From positions 496,001 to 560,000 of the forward strand of contig NIVC01000150.1 in NCBI GenBank assembly GCA_002269645.1: a stretch of DNA of 64,000 nucleotides, written 5' to 3'. Each line of letters starts with the position of its first letter. Position 1 is the stretch's first letter. The notes beneath the pieces were generated by a model, which was not told the origin of the DNA, searched no databases, and saw only the letters and a list, made by a program, of their open reading frames with translations. Positions 30,943-43,000 of this stretch are shown here, one piece after another. The stretch is from Macrostomum lignano (taxonomy: Eukaryota). Made by a program: the position numbers and the translations under genes.

Positions 30943-31962
30943 ATGAGCAAGGATCCGACGAAGTCTGCAGATCCGACGAAGTCAGCGGCCAAGTCTGCTG
31001 GGATCTCTCCAAGCCGTAATGGAGGAGGTTCTCAAAACCGGTCACAGTCCCAAGCAATTGAAAGGGATGCTCAAGCCCAGAACGCCACTCAGAGCAGTCG
31101 CCAAACCTCAGGTATGTCTGAGATTGAAAGGTTGGAGGAGTCAACCATTCTGGATCGTTGGCTCGATCGTTTTGAGATCGGAGCCACCCTGTTTAACTGG
31201 GACGCATCTGCACGTGCTCATGTCCTGCTGATGCGAATGTCACCTGCTCTCTACAATAAGCTAGCGGACTATGTGTCTCCAAAGAAGCCTGGCAAGATGT
31301 CGTTTGAGGAACTAACAGGAGCACTACAAGAACTGTTAATACCCACTACATATGTGTTGGCCGAAAGATTTACATTTCAAAAAATTGGCCGTGAACCCAA
31401 TGAGCCGGTAAGAGCTTTTGCAGAAAGACTAATAAAAGCATCTGAGAAATGTGAGTTTGAAAACAGAGATGTGAGAATGCGTGACCAATTCATATGCGGT
31501 CTTGGCAGTCAAGCCATAGTTGGAAAGCTGATCATCAAGGATCATAAAACACTCACATTCAAAGAGGCGGTAGCAGAAGCAGAAGCCCATTCAAGTTTGC
31601 TGGAAACGCAGATAATGAAGACAGCTCCGAAATCAGATTCTGGAACAGTTCTGAAAGTCTCAACGCGGAAACCAGGGTCCAAGTCGAAGGATTTCAAAAC
31701 TCCGGCAGTGGCGGATCGGCTGTGCAAGAAGTGTGGCGGCAATCATGAAAAGTTTAAATGCCCAGCGTATGGTAAGACCTGCAACCGGTGTGGCAAGGCT
31801 AATCATTTTGCCAAAGCCTGCAGAGGTTCAGACTTTTCACATAGAAAGACCGGTGGCACGAGTAAATCAACAGTAAAACATGTTCAAGAAAATTCCGAAG
31901 TATTTGTCGCTGAAGTGCTGAACTTCACCGAAAGCCTATCTCCATCACAGTGTCCGTACTAG
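30943..31962 (+). CDS. gag: Gypsy gag
   Basis: Zinc-knuckle region CKKCGGNH...CPAYGKTCNRCGKANHFAKAC; capsid-like ERFTFQK...LIKASEKCEF...MRDQFICG. Confidence 0.9.
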   Translation: MSKDPTKSADPTKSAAKSAGISPSRNGGGSQNRSQSQAIERDAQAQNATQSSRQTSGMSEIERLEESTILDRWLDRFEIGATLFNWDASARAHVLLMRMSPALYNKLADYVSPKKPGKMSFEELTGALQELLIPTTYVLAERFTFQKIGREPNEPVRAFAERLIKASEKCEFENRDVRMRDQFICGLGSQAIVGKLIIKDHKTLTFKEAVAEAEAHSSLLETQIMKTAPKSDSGTVLKVSTRKPGSKSKDFKTPAVADRLCKKCGGNHEKFKCPAYGKTCNRCGKANHFAKACRGSDFSHRKTGGTSKSTVKHVQENSEVFVAEVLNFTESLSPSQCPY

Positions 31963-34841
31963 AAGGGCAAAAGAGATACGCGCTGACATGCGAGCTGGAT
32001 ACTGGAGCGGGTGTGTCCATAATGTCAGAATCCCTCTGGAAACAGTTGGGTCGACCAGTTCTTAAGAACTCAAATACACAACTGGGTGGCTATGTAAGTG
32101 ATCACAAGTTCACGGTATTAGGTCGATACGAAGCTGTGGTAGAACTGAATGGAAAATATCAGCGCATCGACTTTGAGGTAGTGAAAGGCAGCAAGAGCTA
32201 TGCCTTGCTGGGGCGAGATGTTCTCTGTGTACAGCTGGACACAGGACATAGTGGGGAAGTCTCCATGGATATGGCATCTCTGGCAGCAAGTGCAACTACA
32301 ATGAAAGCTCATTTGGAACTTAAAGACGGAGCAGTACCAAAGTATGTAAAAGCAAGACCGTTACCATTTGCTCAACGTGAAGCAGTAAAAAAGGAATTGG
32401 ATCGCTTACTTGATGAAGGTATAATCGAAGCTGTGAAATTCTCGGAATGGGCGTCTCCAGTCGTGGTAGTCGGCAAGCCCAACGGCAGTATCAGGCTATG
32501 TGTGGACTATAAGAGTACGCTTAATCCACAGCTGGTCCCGGATAGCTACCCGACACCGACCCCGGAGGAAGCTTTCTCGACAGTGGCGGGATGCTTTCGG
32601 TACAGTATCATCGATCTAGAGAAAGCGTACAACCAAGTAGAGCTGGACGACGCATCTAAACCGCTAACCGTGATGTCGACACCGTTTGGAAATTTTAGGT
32701 ACAATAAACTTGTGTTTGGAATAAAAACGGCTCCGAGTATTTTCCAACGGTATATATCGCAAGTGATCCAAGGTATTCCCGGAACAATAGCGTACATGGA
32801 CGATATATTAATTGGTGGAAGCGATGAGTCAGAGTTGAAAGGACGCGAAGAACAAGTACTTTACCGTCTAGCATCGGAAGGGCTAAAGGTAAATGATCAG
32901 AAATGCCAACGGAATTTATCTCGAGTCCGGTTTTTGGGTCATATTCTGGACAGCGGTCGCATTTATCCTGATGGAGAGAAAGTGCGGGCGATCAAAGAAA
33001 TTGAAACTCCGAAAAATCTTTCCGAGTTAGAATCCTTCCTCGGACTGATTACGTTCTGCTCGCGATTCATTCCAAACCTTTCTGGAATATCGGCTCCGTT
33101 AGTGCACCTGAAGCGCAAAGGTGTGGAGTTTCGTTGGGGCGCAAAAGAACAAGATGCGTTCAGAAACATCCAGAAATCACTTTCAGAAGACGCTGCTTTG
33201 CATGCGTACGACCCAAAGCTACCGGTTGAGCTCGAAGTAGATGCTTCGCAGATTGCCCTTGGTGGTGTCCTGAGTCAGCAAGGACGTCCTGTCTTGTACA
33301 TCAGCAAACTTTTGTCATCATCGGAGCGAAATTATTCGCAAATAGAGCGAGAAGCGCTTGCGATAATATGGGGTGTTAGAAGATGCCATCGTTTTCTCTG
33401 TGGCAGAAAATTTAAGCTAATAACCGACCATCGACCTCTCGTTTACATCTTAGCCTGTGACAAAGAGCTACCATCGAGAGTGTCCGCAAGGCTGCAGAGA
33501 TGGGCGATATTTCTCACGGCGTACGATTACGAGATCGAGTATCGAAAATCTAAAGCTATGGCATCTGACGCGCTCTCAAGATTGGTTCCGCAAGGAAGAA
33601 GCGGTGAAACGCTAGAGATTGGTAACATTCACACGGTTTCAACTACAGTGTCTCTGGAAGAAATCAGGCTAGCAACGAAGCGGTGTAACGAAATGCGCTT
33701 GCTGAAGAGCGCTATAAAGACAGGAAGCTTTAAACACCCTAGGCTGCGACCTTTCAAAAATGTGCGAGAAGAACTTTGCGTTCAGGACGATGTTATTCTT
33801 CGAGGCCACAGGATCATTATTCCAAAATCCTTACGCATGAAAGCGATTGCAGCAGTGCACGAAGTTCATTTGGGAATGTCCCGCACCAAGTCCTTGGCTC
33901 GTGCGGAGTTTTGGTGGCCAGCCATGGACAGCGATATCGAACGGACAGTCGGTTTGTGCCAGATCTGTAGGACCGCAAAACCGCAAAATAGGAATTTTCG
34001 CTCCAGTTGGCCTGAAGCTGCGGGTCCTTGGGATCGTGTTCATATCGACTTTGCAGGACCGATCGACAACCACTACATGCTCGTTCTGGTAGATTCGTAC
34101 AGCGGGTATCCTGAAGTCCACGTCACCAAAGATATGACTTCTCGAACTGTCATTCAGTGCGTCAGAAGGACGTTTTCTCAGCTTGGAATTCCAAGGACAC
34201 TTGTGTCAGATAACGGACCATGCTTTATCAGCAAGGACTTTACAGAGTGGTTGGCAGGAATTGACTGTGAGCACCTAACTATCGCAGCTTATCACCCACA
34301 AAGTAATGGGGTTGCAGAGCGTTTCGTACGCACCCTAAAAGAAAGCATCAAGGCAAATGGCTTCAGTCAAGAGTCTGTTGACCGCTTCTTGCTGTTTTAT
34401 CGCGCATCAGACAACAAAGCGGGATCGTCACCAGCGGAACAGCTGCTGGGGCACAAGCTCAGGGTTCCGTTTACCAAGAGGCAAGTTGGACTGGAGGATC
34501 CAGTTATCTACAAAAATGAGAGAGACAAGCCAATCACTGCAAAACTGCTTTTGCCTATCGGAAGGAGCATGGCCATGATCAAGACAGATGAACCGAACTC
34601 AAAGTATCGGAAGGTTCACTTGGATCAGCTACATCCGTACAGTCTAACCGGCGAGGAGCCCGCAGAAACCGACAGAATGCCACCCAGAGCTGGCGAGCAC
34701 GCGGCAGGGAGGAAACAAGAGGAGCCTCCACAACAAGAGGGGCTGCGTACACCTCCGATCCCTGAGGTTCCCGAGGATACTATTGAACCCAGGAGAAGCA
34801 TGCGACTTTCGGAGAAACCCAAAGTTAACTATAAGTGCTAA
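31914..34841 (+). CDS. pol: Gypsy pol (protease, RT, RNase H, integrase) in the -1 frame relative to gag
   Basis: LDTGA protease, IRLCVDY...YMDDIL RT, VDAS...EREALAI RNase H, HEVH..C..C zinc finger plus VHIDFAG/DNG/SNGVAER integrase. The frame is open from 31914 (preceding TGA at 31911). No chromodomain. Confidence 0.92.
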   Translation, partial: SAELHRKPISITVSVLEGQKRYALTCELDTGAGVSIMSESLWKQLGRPVLKNSNTQLGGYVSDHKFTVLGRYEAVVELNGKYQRIDFEVVKGSKSYALLGRDVLCVQLDTGHSGEVSMDMASLAASATTMKAHLELKDGAVPKYVKARPLPFAQREAVKKELDRLLDEGIIEAVKFSEWASPVVVVGKPNGSIRLCVDYKSTLNPQLVPDSYPTPTPEEAFSTVAGCFRYSIIDLEKAYNQVELDDASKPLTVMSTPFGNFRYNKLVFGIKTAPSIFQRYISQVIQGIPGTIAYMDDILIGGSDESELKGREEQVLYRLASEGLKVNDQKCQRNLSRVRFLGHILDSGRIYPDGEKVRAIKEIETPKNLSELESFLGLITFCSRFIPNLSGISAPLVHLKRKGVEFRWGAKEQDAFRNIQKSLSEDAALHAYDPKLPVELEVDASQIALGGVLSQQGRPVLYISKLLSSSERNYSQIEREALAIIWGVRRCHRFLCGRKFKLITDHRPLVYILACDKELPSRVSARLQRWAIFLTAYDYEIEYRKSKAMASDALSRLVPQGRSGETLEIGNIHTVSTTVSLEEIRLATKRCNEMRLLKSAIKTGSFKHPRLRPFKNVREELCVQDDVILRGHRIIIPKSLRMKAIAAVHEVHLGMSRTKSLARAEFWWPAMDSDIERTVGLCQICRTAKPQNRNFRSSWPEAAGPWDRVHIDFAGPIDNHYMLVLVDSYSGYPEVHVTKDMTSRTVIQCVRRTFSQLGIPRTLVSDNGPCFISKDFTEWLAGIDCEHLTIAAYHPQSNGVAERFVRTLKESIKANGFSQESVDRFLLFYRASDNKAGSSPAEQLLGHKLRVPFTKRQVGLEDPVIYKNERDKPITAKLLLPIGRSMAMIKTDEPNSKYRKVHLDQLHPYSLTGEEPAETDRMPPRAGEHAAGRKQEEPPQQEGLRTPPIPEVPEDTIEPRRSMRLSEKPKVNYKC

Positions 34842-35089
34842 AATTTGTTCCTCCCGCATTAACTTAAAAAAAATTTTCTTTGCCATTGTAAGGGGGAGAT
34901 GTTGGGTGTGGCCATAGACGACTCCGTCGCACACACACCCAGCCATAAGCTAAAGAAGCGATGCTTCAAGCTTGGAAAATAAAAAAGAACGTTACGAACA
35001 TGAAATAAGACGCTCTGCTAAGAGTGCAACTTTTAAGTTGACCTTGTTGATCTTGACTCACTGTCTTCCGCTAGAGAAGAAGTCATAAC

Positions 35090-35168
<79 letters not shown>

Positions 35169-35181
35169 GACTAACTAACTG

Positions 35182-35224
<43 letters not shown>

Positions 35225-35225
35225 G

Positions 35226-35276
<51 letters not shown>

Positions 35277-35277
35277 G

Positions 35278-35396
<119 letters not shown>

Positions 35397-35397
35397 G

Positions 35398-35552
<155 letters not shown>

Positions 35553-35585
35553 GACTAACTAACTAACTAAATAACTAACTAACTG

Positions 35586-35648
<63 letters not shown>

Positions 35649-36375
35649 GACTGACTAACTAACTAACTAACTAACTAACTAATCAATGCAGTACAAGCTA
35701 GGCTTATTTACCCAAGACTAGCTAAAGGAGAAAGGGTTTAAAAATGTCAATCATTTGTTGACACACCGGAGCAGCCGAGCTCAGACAAAACTTCCTTCAC
35801 CATGGCGATAGCAGCAGCTGCAGCCTCTGAGAAATCATTTCCTTCACACCTGCCAGACCAGCCGGGAACAGAGGCTGCTTGCTCAGCTACCTGCTCAAGC
35901 AATGCTAGGAAATGGTTACCCATGGCAACCAGATGCGAAAGCAAACAGCATCGCAAGTCTGGTACAGTTTTATTATTCTCCTTTTGCCTCACCTTGTCAA
36001 ACAAGAATTCTCATCTCATTTTTCTGTCATTGTACTTTTCTGTATCTAATTCTGCCTTCATCTGCTTGGAGTAGCAGGCAGAATTACGAGCGTAGTCGCT
36101 CAAGAATTCAAACAAAGTCAGAAAAGTATCGAATAAAAAATCTTGCCAAGCACTTCGCCTTGGGATTAAGTGCAAATGCAAGAACCTGAGGCAGAAGAAA
36201 CAACCAGCTGGGCATATGCGGGAGAGAAGCAGGAAGCTGGGTAAGTGAGGTGTGTTGCCATGGCAACTGAGCAACCATTCATGAAAGCCCCAGCCTGCAT
36301 GATAAATATCGCTGAGAATGGGGTTGAGCAGCCCATCCCGTCTGAGGAGCTTTAGAGCTGCAATACAGGTAACCT

Positions 36376-36949
<574 letters not shown>

Positions 36950-37065
36950 ATATATCAGTCAACCAATCAATCAATCAAGTAATCATTCAATTAATTAAAT
37001 AATTACCCAACCTTTCCTCATTTTCCAATGCAGTTCATTGCAGATAAGCTAGAAAATTAGTAGAG

Positions 37066-40000
37066 ATGCAGCTGGAGCGCTGTCACGCGCTTTTGTTCCT
37101 GCTATGCCTGCCGCTCACTGTGGGCGCCAGCGGCCTCGTGCTGACGCCAGCCCAGAAAACCGAAGCTCTCGACACGCACAACCGCCTTAGGCGCTCCGTC
37201 TCACCCTCCGCTGCTGACATGAACTTTCTGGTAAAGTTGGCTTTTTCTGATCTGGTTCGATCATCTTTGCTTCCCTACCCCAGGTGCGCGTTCGAGCGTA
37301 CAACAATGCATGGCCTCTCTTCTCCAGCACACTTACCCCCAATGTACATGGCCTCTCTCCTCCAACACCCTTACCCCAATGTACATAGCCTCTCTCGTCT
37401 AACACCCTTACCCAAATGTTAATGGCCTCTCTCCTCCAACACCCTTTCCCCAATGTACATGGCCTCTCTCCTCCAACACCCTTACCTCAATGTACATGGC
37501 CTCTCTTCTCCAACACCCTTTCCCTAATGTACATGGCCTCTCTTCTCCAACACCTTTCCCTAATGTACATGGCTTCTCTCCTTCAACACCCCAGACGTGG
37601 AACCCCTACCTGGAAGAGCTGGCTCAGCAGGCGGCCAATCGCTGTGTATTCGAGCACAACTACAACGGACCATATCAGAACTTGGGCGAGAACATCTACC
37701 AAGGCTTTCGGACCAACCTGACCGACATCCTGACCTTCTTCTTTATGGAGAAATTGGCCTACGACTACCCGAGAAAAGCTTGCGACCTGAGCAACTCGCT
37801 GAACTTGAAGCAGTGCGGGCACTACATTCAGCTGGTGGGCGCCGCGGTGTCCGAGGTTGGCTGCGCCATTGCGGAGTGCGCCACTAACAAATTCCTGATG
37901 TTCTGCGAGTATAACAGGATGTGAGTTTGGTGGGGAGTGGGAGCTTGGTAGGCAGCTCTAATGATCCTTAAGAATATGATTCCAATGTACCGATGGTAGC
38001 CCAAATCAATGACCAACAGAAACCAATCTCAATGACATCTAGCTCGTATGAAAACGTTGGAATGACCCTGTGGAATCTAACCTCAATGGTAATCAACGCC
38101 AATGACCTTCATGGAACCCAACTTCGATAAAACCGATGGAAACCAATCCCAATGACCAAACAGAAACCAACCTCTATGATCAAACGGAAACCAACCTCAA
38201 TGACCAAACAGAAACTAACCTCTATGACCAAACGGAAACCAACCTCAATGACCAAACAGAAACTAACCTCTATGACCAAACGGAAACCAACCTCAATGAC
38301 CAAACAGAAACTAACCTCTATGACCAAACAGAAACCAACCTCTATGACCAAACAGAAACCAACCTCTATGACCAAACAGAAACCAACCTCTATGACCAAA
38401 CAGAAACCAACCTCTATGACCAAACAGAAACCAACCTCTATGACCAAACAGAAACCAACCTCTATGACCAAACAGAAACCAACCTCTATGACCAAACAGA
38501 AACCAACCTCTATGACCAAGCGGAAACCAACCTCAATGACGGAAAGCCAGCCTCAATGAACTAACGGAAGCCAACCTGTCTGTTCTAACGATTAAATTTC
38601 ATTTAAACACGCCGGAAGGAGCCAAACGAGACAAAGTCAGTTGCGAAAAGCAGGCAGCGGCCGAGAAAGCGGATCCCAGCGGATCAAGCGAAGCGTTTAT
38701 TTATTAGTTTAAACGAGTTAATATTTATTGGTTCGTAAAAAGGAGATAAAAATTGAGAAATGGCGGCGGAGCCAAGCCGGGCCGGGTGCAGAGGCTTTAA
38801 GCTGGCCGGCGCGGCCAACACCCCCACACCTCAACCCCCCGCCAAAGTACAGTGACATGTACAGCGGCACCCTCCGGCGCGTCTAACACCCCTTACTCAG
38901 AGAGTAACGATTGCATTAAACACGCCGGAAGGAGCCAAACGAGACAAAGTCAGTTGCGAAAAGCAGGCAGCGGCCGAGAAAGCGGATCCCAACCCCAATG
39001 ATGGGGAAGGGAAGGAGTAAAAGCGGGAAGGCAGTCAGGTGGACGCAGCCTGCAGCTGCGAAGCCATGAAAGAAGCAGAGCGCTGGCGGCGCGACAGGGC
39101 AGAGCTGGCAGAAAGGTAGCGGAGAACAGCGTCCGATCTCCAGCCCCCAAGAGCCCGAACGTCCGATTCTGACAAGCCGATTTGATGACAGAAACTGGCA
39201 CCCCCACGTCGGATGCTGTGGCCGGAGAAACCAGCAGCTGGGAGGCCGCACGCAGCCAGACACGCACGAAGACAGCTGATGAACTGGCTGGCTGAGAGCT
39301 CGCCTCTGAGGCCGTAGCCAAAGAGTGGCGCCTTTGGGTCGCTGGTTGGTGACAGGTGCAGGTGAGACCGCAGGGCGCGCACAGGGCAAAGTGGTGACTC
39401 TTGAACAGGTGGCAGAAGAACGACATGCGGCGTCGACCCGAACTGGTTGGTCTTGGACTTAGGGAGGGCCAACTTCCAGCAGCCAGATGAAGCCGACAGG
39501 CAGACCCGCGAGACAGATCGGCTGCCGCGGGTCGATAGGAAGTCGCCAAGGCGCAACATGCCCCACCAGCCCACCAGAAGAGCCGCCCAGAAGGCGGGCC
39601 TGAGATCTGCGCTTGAGATGGAGCGCGGGAGCTGCTGATGGATGCTCTTGAGGTGCTCGATGGTCAGCGGCTTCGCCTGTTTGCATCGCAGGCCCAGATG
39701 ACGTTTGGCGCCGCGGAGGGCCAGCTGCACGGTGAAGTTTTTCGCTGGGTCAGGGGCGCCGGTGGCTTGGTGCAGAAAAGAGACGGCATGGATGTAGGAT
39801 CGGAGGCTAGAGAAAGACCGGAGCCGGGTGCTCACCAGGTGCGCAATGTAGCGGCAGAGCAGGTCACCGTCAGCTGGAGATGAAGGGCGGCCTGCGCTAA
39901 CACAGAAGGCTTCCCAGGAGCGCAGCTGGCTGAGGTAGGATCGCCAGGAGTTCTCCGCCAGGCCGAGGCGGCACAGGTGTCCGGCGGACACAGCGCGGGG

Positions 40001-43000
40001 GGCGGGCGGCGTCTCCGGAGGGCGAGGGCGACCTGCAAAAGGAGGCGAGATTGGGAAGCGGCAGAGAGCGCGTGCGACGCGAACTCAAGCAGGCAGATCA
40101 CGAGCGTACGGTAGTAGCGGCAGCAAAAGTTAATGTGCTCAGACTGCGAGGCAAACATGCGGGAGGCGGCATCAGCAAAAATCTGCATGCGACCAGGAAG
40201 GTGAAAGGCCTCCACACTGATGCTGTTCCTGATGCACAGCAGAGCCACAGTCTGGTACACCTGCAGGAACCGCGGGTCACGACAGCTCAGCCGATTGATC
40301 ATGCCAGCCACAGCGGTGCTGTCAGTGTAGATGACAATCTTGCAGTTCTATAGCTGAGAGCGACGGTGCAGGATGATCAGCAAAGGTGCCAGAGCCTCCT
40401 TGAAGTTGACATCCTTGAACACACCACCGCAGTCCAGCTCCCAGTCGATAACACTCCAGAAACTCTCGGCACCCCAGATGACTGCGGCTGCGCCCGACCG
40501 GCTGCTGTCAGTCTCCATGGCAAACTCCTCATCAAAGCGCGGCCACAAAGCCACCGGGGGGAGCCAAGCCAGGGCTCTGAGCCACCAGGACAGGTTGGCG
40601 CGGGTCTCATCGGTCACCCAAAGCTTGCAGTCAACAGCAGTTGTCAGCCAGTCGAAGAGCGGACGCAGGAAGACTCTGACATGAGGGACAATCTGACAGA
40701 ACCAGCCAAGCTTGCCAATCAGCTTCTGAGCAGAGCGCATGTGCACCCGAGTCTCCGAGCAGGTTTGAGTCAGCAGCTTTGTCGTCTCGAGAGCTTTCTC
40801 CTCGGGCAGCGACTTGGTGCCGGTAGCGGTGTTGATGCGCACGCCAAGGAAGTCGATGCATTGCGTAGGTCTGACAACCTTGTCCCAGTTGATGGTAAAG
40901 CCGAGGCGCTGCAAGATGTCCAGCAGGCAATTGAAAGCAGCGAAAGCCTCGCACTCGGATTTCCCAGCGACTGCCCAGTCATCCAGGTAGTTCACCGTAG
41001 CAGAAAAGCCAAGCCGGTGCATGTGCCGGGTAACGGCGGCTGAAAGACGGTGAAAAACTTCGCAAGCAGCTTTGGCGCCGAAGGGAAGCCTGGTGTCGCA
41101 GAGCAGACTGTCCTGGCTGTCTGAGTCAAACCGCCAGGCGAGGCCGACGAGCCGGTAGTCAGCAGGCCTGATTGGCACGGACCTGTAGGCGCTTTTGAGA
41201 TCAATTTTGGCCATGTAGTGTCCCGGATGGAGATGACGAACCAGCTGCTGGACAGTGCAATACTTGATGTGCTTCTGTTGGTCGTAGAAGTCGTTGACAG
41301 ACTGGCCGGTCGGATAGGACAGGTCATGGATCAGGCGGACCCGCCCGTCGGACTTGGGAAGGGCGCCGATGGGGTTGATTTTGATCGGGCCGCTCCACCG
41401 GATGTACCTCCCAAGGCGCAGCTCCTCCTCGACCTGGGCTTCCACAGCAGAGCGGTGCAGCAGGGCGGAGGCGTGGTTCTTGGACGAAGTCAAAGGTGGC
41501 TGGCCTCAGAAAGTCGCGGTCTGGGTCATCGCTGAGCAGAGCACTCCAGGCGTCAGGCTGCAGGTCAGACGAGATGGGCAGCGAAGAAGTAAAAGCAGAA
41601 AAATCGGAATTAAAAGCAGAGCAGTCAGCTGGATATAATGGCATCAGTTTTTTGCACTCGCACCGGTCACGTGACCCAGCAGCTGTCCGGTGAGTAATGA
41701 CTGCGGCGACTGCGTGTGAGCGTGAGCCGGGTGCGCTGCCAGGCAGCCTTGGATTTTGCAGACGTGGCGGAACTTGCAGTTCTGGCGAGTGCACCCGGAC
41801 TCGGAGTTGAAGCGCAGACAGATCGGCCTGGCTGCTGCCGGGATTTGCTGCTGGCTGGGCTGCTTAGCGAACGTGAACCGCAGGTTTCTGGGGGCGTTGA
41901 GGTGCTTGTGGTACAACTGAGGGGGCTCCTCACCCCACGCCATGCCCGACTCCGCCACCAGCCTCCGGTAGTCCTCGTCAAACTCCCAGATCACGGATTC
42001 CGGGTAGTCAGCAGCCAGCAGCTCTCCAATCTTGCGATTGTAGTCAAGGTAGCCAAGGACGTCAGTCAGGAGACCATCAGTGCTTCCAGCAGCCGCAGGG
42101 AGTTTTTCCTTGATCAGCTTTTGCAAGATGATCGAGTTGGCCGCGATCCACTGACCAGCAGAGATACTAGACAGCTTCGGCTACTGCTTTCTGAATGTGA
42201 GCGAGCCATTCTCCATAGTGGCGATCAACTGCTCCTGACTGGCTGAGCCGGGTCCTCTGGCTAGCTTGATGTGGTCTCTGACGAGATGCAACTTGCGAGT
42301 CGGAGCCTGGCAATTAGCGGCCTGAAGCTGAGCCGCCTCCCTCATCCCAGATTCAGCTGCAGACTGGAATGTGCGTTATGCTTACCTGATGATGATGCTG
42401 GCTGAGGCTGAGCCGTCAAGCACTGCTGAGTGTGAAGCTGTTGCTGAAGATCACGACGACGGCCTTCCAGGACTTGCAGTTCGAGCAGCTCCACCTCCTG
42501 CCGCAGCGCAGCCAGCCGGTCGCTCCCCGCCCCCGGAGGCGCCTCGCCTGCGCTGCCGATGGCGTCTTCGGCGTCCGGAGCAGAAGTCATCTCGGAGTTG
42601 TTGAAGTCTTCGTCAGCTCGCTCTAAACCGAGTGCAGTAGACAAGCGCTTGGCAAGCTGTTGTTTGCGGCCCGTAGTAGGCAGGCCTCTGTTTCGCAGCT
42701 CAGCCTTGAGTTGGCGCACGTTTAGTCGCTTTGGGCTGCCACTCATGGCGGTGGCTGAGCAAAAAAATTGAGAAATGGCGGCGGAGCCAAGCCGGGCCGG
42801 GTGCAGAGGCTTTAAGCTGGCCGGCGCGGCCAACACCCCCACACCTCAACCCCCCGCCAAAGTACATCGACATGTACAGCGGCACCCTCCGGCGCGTCTA
42901 ACACCCCTTACTCAGAGAGTAACGATTGCAATATACAGTAAAGCAGAAACAATTCACCTGAAAAACCAATGCAAGAAACCAAACTCATCGCCAATCTCAT

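Larger units (their letters stand above)
38603..42930 (-). mobile_element. Tyrosine-recombinase retrotransposon with split direct repeats (Ngaro-type), 4328 bp, antisense in intron 2 of the CAP gene; degenerate copy
   Basis: A1 (42930-42763) - ORFs - B1 (38991-38916) - A2 (38915-38748) - spacer - B2 (38678-38603). A is 168 bp with 2 mismatches; B is 76 bp and identical. No TSD. Encodes gag, RT/RNase H and YR. Confidence 0.93.

Noticed and set aside
40051-42246. Plus-strand ORFs opposite the Ngaro genes (e.g. 40366-41043, 41716-42246) and antisense ORFs within the LINE and Gypsy
   Set aside because: Shadow ORFs of GC-rich coding sequence with no recognisable motifs.
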